Shown here in pieces: positions 11,992 through 23,425 of a stretch of DNA of 64,000 nt; within the stretch, counting starts at the first letter, position 1, and each line of letters opens with the position of its first letter. Location: assembly GCA_043228905.1 (NCBI GenBank), contig JBHGNT010000017.1, forward strand, positions 17,112,001 through 17,176,000, in the 5' to 3' direction. The translations under genes were made by a program, and so were the position numbers. Source of the stretch: Azolla caroliniana (Eukaryota; Plantae; Polypodiophyta). A model generated the notes under the pieces. The model was not told the DNA's origin. It did no database searches and saw nothing but the letters and a program-made list of their open reading frames with translations.

Positions 11992-14248
11992 GATGTTTTG
12001 TATCATTTGAGTGTACTCCTGCGTACAATTTGATGGTTATGCTTTCATAATCATTTTTGCTATCTTTAATTTCCACAGTTTTGGTGTAAAGGCATTGCAT
12101 TACTTCGAATAACACAGGGCCATGGCCTTTCTCCATTGACAAAAGCCCTGAATATTGTTATGGTATAGAGAATTATTTCACATTTCATCATAATATGTTA
12201 AAAAATACATCTTTGCAACCAGGAAATTCAATCTACTGCGTTATTGCCAAAATAATAATAATTTTGTGTGATGATTGTCAATTAATTCCATTCTACTCAT
12301 AACTTTATTGCAAGCACTTTTGGCCTCATTCCATGGAGCAAATGTACCTTTCCGATTTTTGGCATCTCAATTATATTGGTTTTTGTCAACTGCTTGCAAA
12401 CAAAAGAAGGCAACAATTTGTCAAGAAAAAGAATATTTTCCTTCTGGCTTTTACTCTTCAATTAATCACAAATAGACCTTTGACCTCTTTTGTGACCCAT
12501 TCATGGAGAGAAATTCTAATGAACATGTTCTAATAAAAGACTTCTCTGAACATATTTTACGAATTTCTAGCTTCTAACTCATTCTATATCGACTAATATC
12601 TAAAAGCGTGGGATCATATTTCCATCTTTCACACTAGGCCCTCTTTTGAGAACTATCTTTTTTTAGGGAGTTCAAATTGAGGAATTCAAGCTACATGAAA
12701 CTCTTAATTGAAGGAGTCCTTGTTTAGATGAGAAAATGCTCGAGGAAAGTGTAGCTCGAGGAAAATCTTTGGTTCTAAGAACCCATATAATTATGTAACT
12801 TGTTTATATTATTTGAGCTGAAAATGATTTAAAAAACTTTTTTTGCCTGTGGATTTGCGTTGTAATGATTCTACATACAAGTTGTGCGCTTCTTGACACA
12901 AGAACAATATCACCACTGATATGCGAAACAAGAAGACATAGTCGGAAAATCTAGAATCCAAAACCTTGGCTCACAGTAATGGAAAAAAAACAAAACATTG
13001 TAAAAGATTATTCAGTCTAAACCTTAAAACCCTATATATATATATATATATGCTCATTTTGCTCGATACAAGTTCAGACATTTGAGTATCACACTTTGAT
13101 ACAATGCTCTGCCTTTGATTATATTCAATTATACTTTCCACACATCTTCTACTAAACCCAATCCTTACATGGATTCCTCTCATAGTCACAATGTGCACTC
13201 TCGATTGCAACATTCATTGGTAAAGTTCGTGAGCATTGAGAATTGCTACTCACTTTCACATGTATTACTTGAAATGTAATATTTTTGTTCTCATAGGTCA
13301 TATTTGACCTATGAAGACAATAATTGAATCTATCTATCTATTCATATCTCATTTTTATTGAGATTAATGTTAAGCACTGTACTCCAACCTTACATGAATC
13401 CTTTTGTGTGTGATTGTGGTTTTCCAAATTAATTGACGCATGTGCTCTTGTGTATCGTTAACGAGATAGGTTAAATGATTAAGCCATATTGTGATGTTGA
13501 TTGATTTCTTAGTTTTTGTAAATAGTATAGAAGGGAGAGGATGATTTTTCTTAAGTCATAGCACATGAGTATTTTTAAATTGAGAGTGCTTCACAACTAT
13601 ACTCTTGCATGTTTCGCCACCTTTTTGTTGGCGAAACTCTACAACTATAATCTCATAACATTAACTCTTTAAGGAGACAATGTCTAATCTAGAGAAAGGC
13701 ATGTATTTGGTCCACCACCTAAAATTGTCACATTTTGCCATTTCATACAACAACTCCATTCATGTGACTAATATACACTTCATGGTGGAACATTATCTCA
13801 TCATTAAGCTTGAATATTTTATTCATTGGATTGTGTCCCCCTTCTATTATAACTAGTTCTAAGACCTAAATAAGTATGCTTTTTCTTCCTATTTGACATT
13901 ATGGTATTCCAGCCAGCCATTTCAAGTGTTGCAACTAGCCAACAATGTGGAAGTAAACTTCATTAAGCTCGAGCATGTCACAAACTTCATCCAACTCGAG
14001 GAACTTCCCATCCAATAACTCTAAGGTTACAAATCCACCATCAATTACTATGCATTGGTGGGAATTTCTTGGTATTATAGTGTTGAATCAGGTAAACTCA
14101 TAGCTAGTCAACCACCCACTATGTCATGTCGCATGGAAGGAGGTATCCAAATCCATGTGTGCAATACCTCATGTGCTAGGAGAATAAATGATTATACTCA
14201 TAGATATTAGAGTTTGACTTATCAAAACATTTAAAACTAAAAAATGGA
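11992..14248 (+). repeat. 2.2-kb direct duplication, copy 2
   Basis: Colinear with 3365-5533. It has an extra ~90 bp at ~12801-12895 relative to copy 1. Confidence 0.92.
13052..13323 (+). mobile_element. LINE 3'-end fragment inside duplication copy 2
   Basis: Same 3' terminus as 4330-4605, preceded by (TA)n. Confidence 0.75.
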
Positions 14249-14983
14249 AAGATTACAACGTAGATGACTCACAAGTAGCATATTTGATATTGTGTTCATA
14301 ATAAGAACTCTTCCTAATTTTAGTCTTCGGTCGGCTTGAAAAGACAGTGGTATCATAGAAGTTTGAGAAAATGGTTTTAGAATAATGTGATGACCACATT
14401 TTCTTGCAATACCTCCTACAAAAGGCAAAACTATCAAAAAGTGGCATCCTACAAAGTTGTGATTTGATAAATGTTGTCTTCTCCCAAGAAGTATTATTCT
14501 GTCTTTTGGAATGGAAGACTTTCGCTAGATTGACACCTTTTTCTATTCCTCATTAATTGCAGTTTGAAAGAGTCATCAGTATCCAAACAGCCTCTCCTTT
14601 TGAACATGTGCATGATTCGATATTTTCTAGCACAGTATGAAGGATGTTTACGGAACTTCCACCGGAAGCAACTCAAATCCTTTGGGTTTGACGTGTTCAT
14701 TATGAGCCAAAACTTTATATTAACTTTATTGAATGTTGGTTGTATGATGTTATAGAGGTAAGCAACTTATGAAGACATTTGGAGTTTGTTTTCTTTGCAA
14801 TATCATTTCATACGAAAAAATGCCAAATTAGCTTTTCATACTTTTTTACATATGACTACTTTGTGAGTTTTTAACCTTATGAGTGTAAGAACTAGGAATT
14901 GCATAAAGGAAAGAGAACATGTTGATATCTCGTCAAGAAAAAAATATGCCGCAATCAACTGATGCCAAGAGACATCAAAATAA

Positions 14984-14984
<1 letters not shown>

Positions 14985-15048
<64 letters not shown>
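14985..15048. repeat. Compound (TG)n(AG)n microsatellite
   Basis: Directly visible. It abuts the 3' tail of the LINE fragment. Confidence 0.95.
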
Positions 15049-15053
<5 letters not shown>

Positions 15054-15420
15054 ATTATCGTTTTCAGAGGTAAAATATAACCTATGAGACCAAAAATATT
15101 TACATTTTACGTGATACGTGTGAAAGTAAGTAGTGACTCTCGATGTTTAAGAACTTTACCAATGAATGTTGCAATCGAGAATACACATTATGGTTGTGAG
15201 AGAAATTCATGCAAGGATTGGGCTCGATTGAAGAGATGTGGAAAGCATGGTCGAATATGATCAAAGGTAGAGCATTGTATCAAAGTGTGATACTCAGGCT
15301 CGTGAACTTGTTTAGGGCAAAGTGTGCATAGCCCGACCACTCTCATCACTTGTGCCCCAATGCCTTGTCTCACATTGCAATGCATGTGAGCTAACTCGCA
15401 TGGAAGCAATGGTTCGAATG
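15049..15420 (-). mobile_element. LINE 3'-end fragment
   Basis: Encodes LCTLCPKQVHEPEYHTLIQCSTFDHIRPCFPHLF (C-terminal Cys/His domain) and has the family 3' terminus. Closely similar to 33985-34370. Confidence 0.85.
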
Positions 15421-16530
15421 GAGTGTTCGTCTTGCCTATTGGGGATTGAACGTGTTCCACTACCTACGTAGTGTAGTTAGTGGGTGACCATACTCTATTG
15501 TAACACCCATTGTAAGTAGTGTTTTTCACACACATTTATTAATTTTATTGTGTTTTGATGCACAAGTTGAGGTGAGGAAATATGTTGTAAAGTTAAAAGG
15601 ATTTCTTTTGTGGCAATTGATAGTGCTAGAGAAGTCACAAAATCTCAACCATGAAGAGAGAGAGAACTCTACAAGGTCACATATCATCATATTCGCCATT
15701 TGAATTGGTGTGTAGGGTGGCATTGAGTTTGGAGTCATGGTAGTCTTTAGATTATTAGATAGCAATGTTCTATACTTTGTAGTAAGTTAGTTATGGTGGT
15801 GTTTTTTCTTTCGTAATGAAAGCCATTATTAACAAGAAGAAAAAGAAAAACAAAAAAGAGAGATGATTTTTGAATAAGAAAAGCACTCGTGCGTCATGAC
15901 AAGAAAGTGTAAAATGAAAAAGGGAAGCCAATGTCGATGATGCTTCACCTTTTTAGGCAACAAGATAGAAACACGTGCCCCATATATAATGTATGTATGT
16001 ATGTATGTATGTATGTATGTATGTAGTGACGTACGTAAGACAGATCTGAAGAAAAACGAAAAGTAAAAAGTGTATGTGGGGGGTCTTCCATGATGATGTT
16101 GGTGTGACGAAGTGGAGATGGGCAGATCATGTGGTATATAGATCTGTGTGGTCGGGTTGATTCATGAGATAGGATTGGTTGTTGTCACAGAGGGGGGAGA
16201 GGTGTTTTTAGAAGCTTGGCGGGTGTGATGGACACGACAGGGTTGGGGTGTCCTTTTCACCATTACTAACTGAGGGCCATAAAGGGCCTTGCAGGGCCGC
16301 GGGGCCCATAATCCGTAGCAAATAAATACATTGGAAATGGGGAGCCAAATATATACATATATATGTGTGTGTGTGGTCATGCCAGAGTCGGGTTTAAAGC
16401 CGGAATGTCATCACACATGAGGTCCATTGGGTAGATATATTATTATGGACGGACAAATCGATGAAAGAGATTTCGGCTCATTTGGGTTGGTAGGACGAGC
16501 GAATTTGTGACACGGACTGCTGCACAGGCA

Positions 16531-16748
16531 TTTAGGGTTTAGGGTTTAGGAATGTCGGACACGAGACGAGGTTCGTTGGTTGGTGGTCTTCTCGGTTTGG
16601 ATTGATTCATCAGCAGTTTCTCTCTCTGCTTGGGCATGGCCATGGCAGAAGACTCTTCCAGAAGACAGGCAAGCAGAAAAGCAGGAATGGTGAGGGAGAG
16701 CGATGAAGGGACGGTGGGTGAAGAAGCAGCAGAAGCAGAAGCAGAATC

Positions 16749-16781
<33 letters not shown>

Positions 16782-16972
16782 GTGATGAAGGAAGGAAAGA
16801 AGAACAGACAGACGAGAAGGAAAAGGTTTTGCAGTGGGACCTATCCAACCATGTCTGTCTCTGTCTCTTTCTCTTGTCTCAGAAGAAAGCAGAAGAAAGG
16901 AGGAGAAGATGAGGATGACGACGACGGTGGTGGAAGGCAAGGAAAAAAGGTTTGGAGTGGGACCTTCCCAAA

Positions 16973-17009
<37 letters not shown>

Positions 17010-17205
17010 ATGGAGCGCAGAAAAGGAGAAGGATTCCCAGAAGAAAGAAGCAGAAGCAGAAGAAGAAGAAGCAGCAGAAGAAGAAGACGCAGCAGAAAGT
17101 AGAAAAGTAGAAAAGGAGAAAGAAGGCTAAAGACTGCAGTCTGCAGAAAGGAGAAAGAACATTTAAGGAGACAGAAAGAAGAAGACAGAAGACAGAAGAA
17201 GCCTG

Positions 17206-17242
<37 letters not shown>

Positions 17243-17378
17243 CATATCTGTCCTTCTGTCGCTCTACCAGGTATGATTATTCCCATGGAAGTGGGCCGAG
17301 CTTCGCCTGCATGATCGTCTGTTCTCTCTCCGGTCTACTTCTCACACATGTCTCAGAGAAGAAGAAGACGAAACAACT

Positions 17379-17416
<38 letters not shown>

Positions 17417-17600
17417 TAAGACACACGCAGTCGTTCGATTTCAGCTGGAGATCTCTCTGACTCTCTTTCTTTCTTTGCCATAGCCACACACACAGACACA
17501 GACATAGATAAATCTTTCTGTTTCATTCACAGACATCCTCTACTCGTACACAGACAATCTCGCTCTTTCTCTGCTCTTTTCTTCTCTCTTTAACTACCCA
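16531..17600 (+). promoter_or_regulatory. Promoter / 5' leader region of the kinase gene: telo-box cluster and microsatellite-rich sequence
   Basis: TTAGGGTTTAGGGTTTAGG at 16531-16550, GGGCCC(A)-like motifs at ~16274-16310, and (GAT)n, (GAA/GCA)n and (CT)n tracts upstream of the ATG at 17630. The function is inferred. Confidence 0.4.
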
Positions 17601-17629
17601 GTCTCTCTCATCAGAATATACATCCGAAC

Positions 17630-20600
17630 ATGAAGTGTCTCTTCTTCTCAGGTAATCGAAAACCTGTAGCAACAGAAGCTCACCATGATCAGCTTCAATC
17701 CGATACTACTACTACTTCAGATCGAAAAACATCATCATGGAACAGCTTCTTCTTCTTCTTGAGTACTACTACCAACTCCTCCTGCCGAAATCCAGATCGT
17801 GATCTCGTCGCTCCTTCTTCTTCGTCTCAACCACATACTACTGATCGACATGAAAACCGCCGCAAATCATATTCAAGCCCGGCCTCACTCACAAACACAA
17901 ACAACGCCTCTGCGGAAGAGCCACTTATACTGAAGAATGGTGGGCTCAATGATCGCAAAGATGTATCAAAGAACCCAGATGATGACACCCCTGTACCTTC
18001 CATATCTAATACTCGTGATCTGAGGAGGGTTTCAGGGCCACTATCTCTTACTTACGCACAGCTTCGTGCTGCAACTCGGGACTTCTCGAAAGAGCTCGGA
18101 GAAGGTGGATTTGGACACGTTTACTATGGGCAACTAAAGCTTGATATCCTTTCAGGCGATCATGATCTTCCGGATTGTGGAGTCATAGATGTTGCCGTGA
18201 AGAAATTGAACTTGAATGGACAGCAGGTAAGTCCCATCTTACTTATATTCATCATCTCATCAGACCAAGGTCTCCATGACTGCTGCGAAAATTCTTTCCT
18301 TTACTTTGACTCGGTTCTTTATGTTTTCTGTGCGGACTGTCATTTGGAGACTACAGTCCTTTCCGATTCGAAGTCCTAAGCATTCTTCAATTTTCCTGAT
18401 GCTCATTCATCATCAAGATTTGATTTCTGAATCACCCATTCATTATCATCTGTGATTAAGTCATGATGTGTGGTTGTTCATGGTGTACACCATGAACAAT
18501 GTTCTTTTTATTTCGTAGTTTGAGTTGGTTCATCACACTTCCTGACAATGTTGTTTTACCATATCTTATTTCTGAAGCATAGGCGTTATCTCATAAAAGG
18601 ACAATTATTTTCATTCCGCATGAAATTATGAAATTGTATCCAGCAAGAGCACTCACTTCATTTTCATGGCAGTTCTCATGGCATCGACAATTTCTTAATC
18701 ATTGTCATGGTAAAAACATTTATCAGCTTTATAAAGAAGCTTTTCGGATGTGGGCTTTTTGAGTTTTGATATACCTATTTCCATTTGTTTTACTTTGAAC
18801 ATTTCCATTTCGATGCCTAAAATGCTTGCTTTAGCTATGATATAATAGCTACTCTGGTTTGCTGAACTCCAACAACAAAATTAGTGTCGGTAGGTGCTGA
18901 TTCTGATACACGTTTCTTTTATGTGGGCAGGGTCATAAGGAATGGTTGTCAGAAGTTCATTTTCTTGGGGTGGTAGAGCATCCAAATCTTGTCAAACTGG
19001 TGGGATACTGTGCTGAAGATGATGAGAGGGGCATACAACGGTTACTTGTGTATGAATTCATGGAAAATGGAAGCTTGGAGGACCATCTTTTCATGAGAAA
19101 GCCATCCCCACTAACTTGGAAAATGAGGTTGAAGATCTTGCTCGGTGCTGCACAAGGCCTAGCTTATTTGCATGAAGAGATAGACGGAATTCAGGTATGC
19201 ATCTGTTTTCCCATGCATTTGGCCAATATTTGTGTCACAATGCATATTCCCGTCACAATCAATCAAATATCTTTTTGAAACATGTAGAAAAGGACTTTGT
19301 CCAAACATAGGCATTGATATTATGTATCTCTTAGGTGCTTGAGCGACACAAGCTTAATTCGATGGAGCCTAAAATGTCCCGCTTATTTTAATTTTTCTGT
19401 CTACGAGATCACTATCCCTATATAAAGATTATTTCTGTTTCCATGCCTTGTTAATCCTTAATTTATTTAATCTTAGTAGAGAATTTGGTCATTCATATCA
19501 TCAAACTTCAATCATTATAACCACATTTGATATGTTATATTGATGCGGCCATCACAAGGCTAGTTGTTGAGCACATTTTAGAGAAAACAACTGGGAATGG
19601 TTGGGTAAAGTGTCTACAGGGATTTGGGTTGGGTTGAATGGTGAGCTGATAACAAATATCGAGATTACTAGACATTTGTGCTGTGATACCCAAGGATTTG
19701 GTCGTTCATGTCTTCAAACTTGAATCTTTATGGCGACATTTGATATGTTATATTGGTATAGCCATTGAAAGACGTAGTTATGGACTCAAATTGAAAAAAC
19801 GATTGAGAATTTGTTTGTTGCAAGGCTATGAAAGTTAGGTCGAATGAAATGGTGAACTGATAATAAATATCAAGATTAATAAATTTTATGCTGTGATGAC
19901 CGGGAATTTGGTCGCTGATGTCTTCAAACTTCAATCTTTATAGTTACATTTGATATGTTATATCAGTACAGCCATTGTAAGGCTAATTATTGAACCCAAA
20001 AATTGAGAAAAACGGCTGAGATTTAATTTCTGTGGGGAATCTACAAGATTTGGGTTGGATAGAGTTTAACTGGCGAAAAATATTGAGATTACTAGATTTT
20101 TGTTCTGTGACACCTACCTGTAAATGAACAGTTATGCTTCCATTATTCCTCCAAGAAGAGACTAGATTGGGCAAGCATTAGATGGTAGTATTAAGGAAAT
20201 GGTTTCATTGTATTCATTTGCATCATAAATCCATGATTGATTATCTATGGAAATTCCAGATGTATCATTTTACCAAAGGAACCCATTCAAATCCCTTTCC
20301 TCTTGAAAGCAGTTTACGAATAACTGTGGTTAATAAACGTGACTCAAACCTATGACCCAGCAGTTAACATATGAACATTCTACCCCTTAGCTACCCAGGA
20401 AAAAGGTTTGTGTTTTTGCTTCACAGACAATCAGAGACTCTATTCTTTTGAGCTGCGCCTAAATCTGCAAGGTATTAAACTTTTTTGGAAGGCAAATTTA
20501 CAGGTACAAAAGCTACAGGGCTTTTGTTTGACATTGTTGAAAATATTATTGAAGAAAATATTGTTTGATTATATTTGTAGGCAGTTACACTTATAATGAG

Positions 20601-21645
20601 AGATTGTATTTCTATTATGCCGTCTTTGACTGCGAAAGTGAGCCAGAAACTTGATGTGGTAAATGAAGTTTCGCACCATTGATTAGTTTGAAGGGTTGTG
20701 AAAGAGAAGTGGGATGACATCTGGAAAGAGATTTGCTTGTGCAAACAAACAGTAATCATTTAGCTTACTCAGAATTTTCTTCTGATTCAATCATTGTCTT
20801 TAGGATTTCTTTCTAATCATACAAATTTATGACATTCACTGAATTCTAACGTCACCCTTTTGATTCATTAATGTAGGTCATATTTCGTGATTTCAAAACT
20901 GCAAATGTCTTGTTAGATGAGAACTTCAATCCCAAACTATCTGATTTTGGGTTGGCCAGACAAGGTCCAGGGACCGGAGCTAGTCATGTTTCAACATCCG
21001 TAAGTAATTCTGCAATAGATAAAACGCCAAAAACTTTCTGTTCATGATTACTTTATGAATGCTCAATATACTTAAACACTCCTTAATAGGTAGTCTCATA
21101 GCATCCTATGTTTTATGTCGATTCTCAGTTACACGTTTTATTTTCTAAATTACTAGGTGCTCGGCACCATGGGTTATGCTGCACCAGAGTATATTCAGAC
21201 TGGTCATCTTACATCAAAGAGCGATGTATGGAGCTTTGGAGTAGTGCTACTTGAGATACTCTCAGGAAGGACATCTCTGGATCCAAATCGACCAAGACAC
21301 GAACAAAATCTTCTTGAATGGGCAAGACCTTTTTTGCTAGGAAATAGAAATATCAATTACATCATGGATCCAAAACTAGCAGGAAGATATTCATTGGTGC
21401 AAGTGGGAAAGGTATTAAGGCTAGCTCTAGAATGTCTTAATAGATATCCGAGAGAACGTCCTTCTATGAGCGCTATTGTACAGAAGCTGAAAGATATCAT
21501 CAGCCTTTCAGATAGTGATGATGCAAGCTTTGGCATGCAACCAAAAGTTGTAGCTATCAAGGAGCCAATTCGATTAAAGAGACGCCGACATTGTTTTCGA
21601 GATGTGAAAAACATTACTTGGATTTCCCGGGCTCTACAAACCTGA
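17630..21645 (+). CDS. PCRK1-like: Receptor-like cytoplasmic kinase, subfamily VII (PCRK1/PBL19-like), ~490 aa, 4 exons
   Basis: Exons 17630-18226, 18931-19194, 20877-20999 and 21157-21645, all GT-AG and phase 0. Motifs [88 protein letters not shown] and SDVWSFG. N-terminus is MKC. Confidence 0.93.
19480..20112. repeat. Degenerate ~210-bp-period repeat (~3 copies) in kinase intron 2
   Basis: ATTTGGTC...TCAAACTT.AATC.TTAT...ACATTTGATATGTTATAT recurs at ~19483, ~19696 and ~19906. GAGATTACTAGA recurs at 19661 and 20085. Confidence 0.75.
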
Positions 21646-21756
21646 ATTTAATAATAGGCCTTGTGGGGCAGGTCATATAATATCCTTTTTTAGGTTCCCG
21701 TTTTGATCCGGTTATTTTGCTTCTACAGGAGACCATCAGGAAAATAGTTTTCTGCA

Positions 21757-22002
21757 TATGCACATGTACATTTCACATACCCATTCGGTTTCATAAAATG
21801 TTCATTATTGTAATTGCTGTACAACACAGGATACTCCTCTCTCCCTCTTTCAGATGCTCTTAAATAGATAATCAAGTTTTCTGATTATGCACATGTACAT
21901 TTCACATACCCATTCGGTTTCATAAAATGTTCATTATAGTAATTGCTGTACAACACAGGATACTCCTCTCTCCCTTTCAGATGCTCTTAAATGGATAATC
22001 AA
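21757..22002. repeat. ~130-bp tandem duplication just downstream of the kinase stop codon
   Basis: TATGCACATGTACATTTCACATACCCATTCGG...CAGATGCTCTTAAAT.GATAATCAA occurs at 21757 and 21887. Confidence 0.92.
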
Positions 22003-23425
22003 TGTTTGGATTAAGAAACTTCTATCTCATTATAGAGTCAACGAAGAGAGCCAAGGGAGTTACTACTACAAAATAGACTAGACTATTCATGCCAGCCCCA
22101 AGAACTGATGTGTTAAAATTAAAGTCGTTCCTGCACAGTGAAAGAAAGAAAGTTAATCACCACGAGAATCAAATTTGGTGTATGGTAGAAATGGTGATTG
22201 CAAATGCGGGTGAATACGATGCATCCACACAAACAAAAATAAAACCTCTAGGTCTTCAAGCTCCATGGTCTCAATGGATATGGTGGAATGATTTTTGAGA
22301 TGGTTCACAAGCATGAAGTGCATAGCTAATAAGTATAAGAATACTGGTGTCTAGACTTCACATCCATGGTTGGTATGATGAAATGATGTTATGATGACGT
22401 TTAACAAGTGCATTTGGTTGTCCTCATGGGGTTCAAACCTGGCAAACAATGATCCACTTGATTTGGTGATGGAATGGCTCATGTGCCTTATATCCTGGTA
22501 CTTTGAATCACAATCATTGTTGGAAGAAATTAGTGATTTAGTGATGTGTGATTGCTGTTACATGTTGCATGCTAACAAAAGGGTCGATTACCTATGCTTT
22601 TGAAGCTGGAGCATGGTGGAGTTCCAGTAGAGGATCCACTCTTAACAAAATGTTCCTTGCACATAATTTTCTCTTTCCAATATTAGGTTATGGGAAGTGC
22701 TCACTTTCAGTTGGCTTATTCCTTGGTCATCAAATGGAGCATGTAGACATTCATGTATGTACCTTGGTATTATTATGATCCATCCACTAAAACAAATTTC
22801 AATGATCATTGTACTCGGCAATCTTTGGGTGAAGAGGCTTCTTCAGTGTGAGATGTCTTTTGGGCATTTTAAATTGTTGTCTGATCTTTGACAGCATATG
22901 TGAGAAATTATTATTGTATATGGGAGATCATATATGATCTATGGAACAAGATCGAGAGCATGGACTTCAGTTCTCGATTTTATAGCTTTGAAGTGATGGT
23001 GTGAAGTGCTAAACCGACAACTGTAGAGAGAAAAGGAAAAGCATAAAAGAAAACAATATTAATGTCATGAGGTCTCACATTATGAATGAGATTCACTTCG
23101 AAATGAGATCTGCTTGAAACATGAGGTCTCCCATTATGAATGAGATCCACTTGAAATGTTAAACAAATTAAGTGTTTCATACCTGTGATAGATACATGAT
23201 ACATCAGTCTATTGATAGACACATATGTTACCAGCACTCATTTGTTCATCCCCTTTCAAGGGTGAAGAATGATGGCGTAATATAGCTAATTCATCACTGT
23301 AGAATATATAGAATACAACTCATTTGAGGTATGCAAATGTTAAATCAATCGTTCATCAATAGACTACACTCACAATTTCCTTGACCACAAATAATACAAC
23401 AGATTCTCGTGACTACTTCACATCT

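Noticed and set aside
3365-14248. The 2.2-kb direct repeats as LTRs of one retrotransposon
   Set aside because: There are no TG...CA termini, TSD, or adjacent PBS/PPT. The interior has its own LTR and mixed-orientation Copia and LINE pieces.
16531-16550. Interstitial telomere
   Set aside because: Fewer than three TTTAGGG units, which fits a telo-box promoter motif better.
16539-17489. Poly-His, poly-Met, poly-Asp and (RE)n ORFs
   Set aside because: They are stop-free frames generated by trinucleotide and dinucleotide repeats, with no domain signal.
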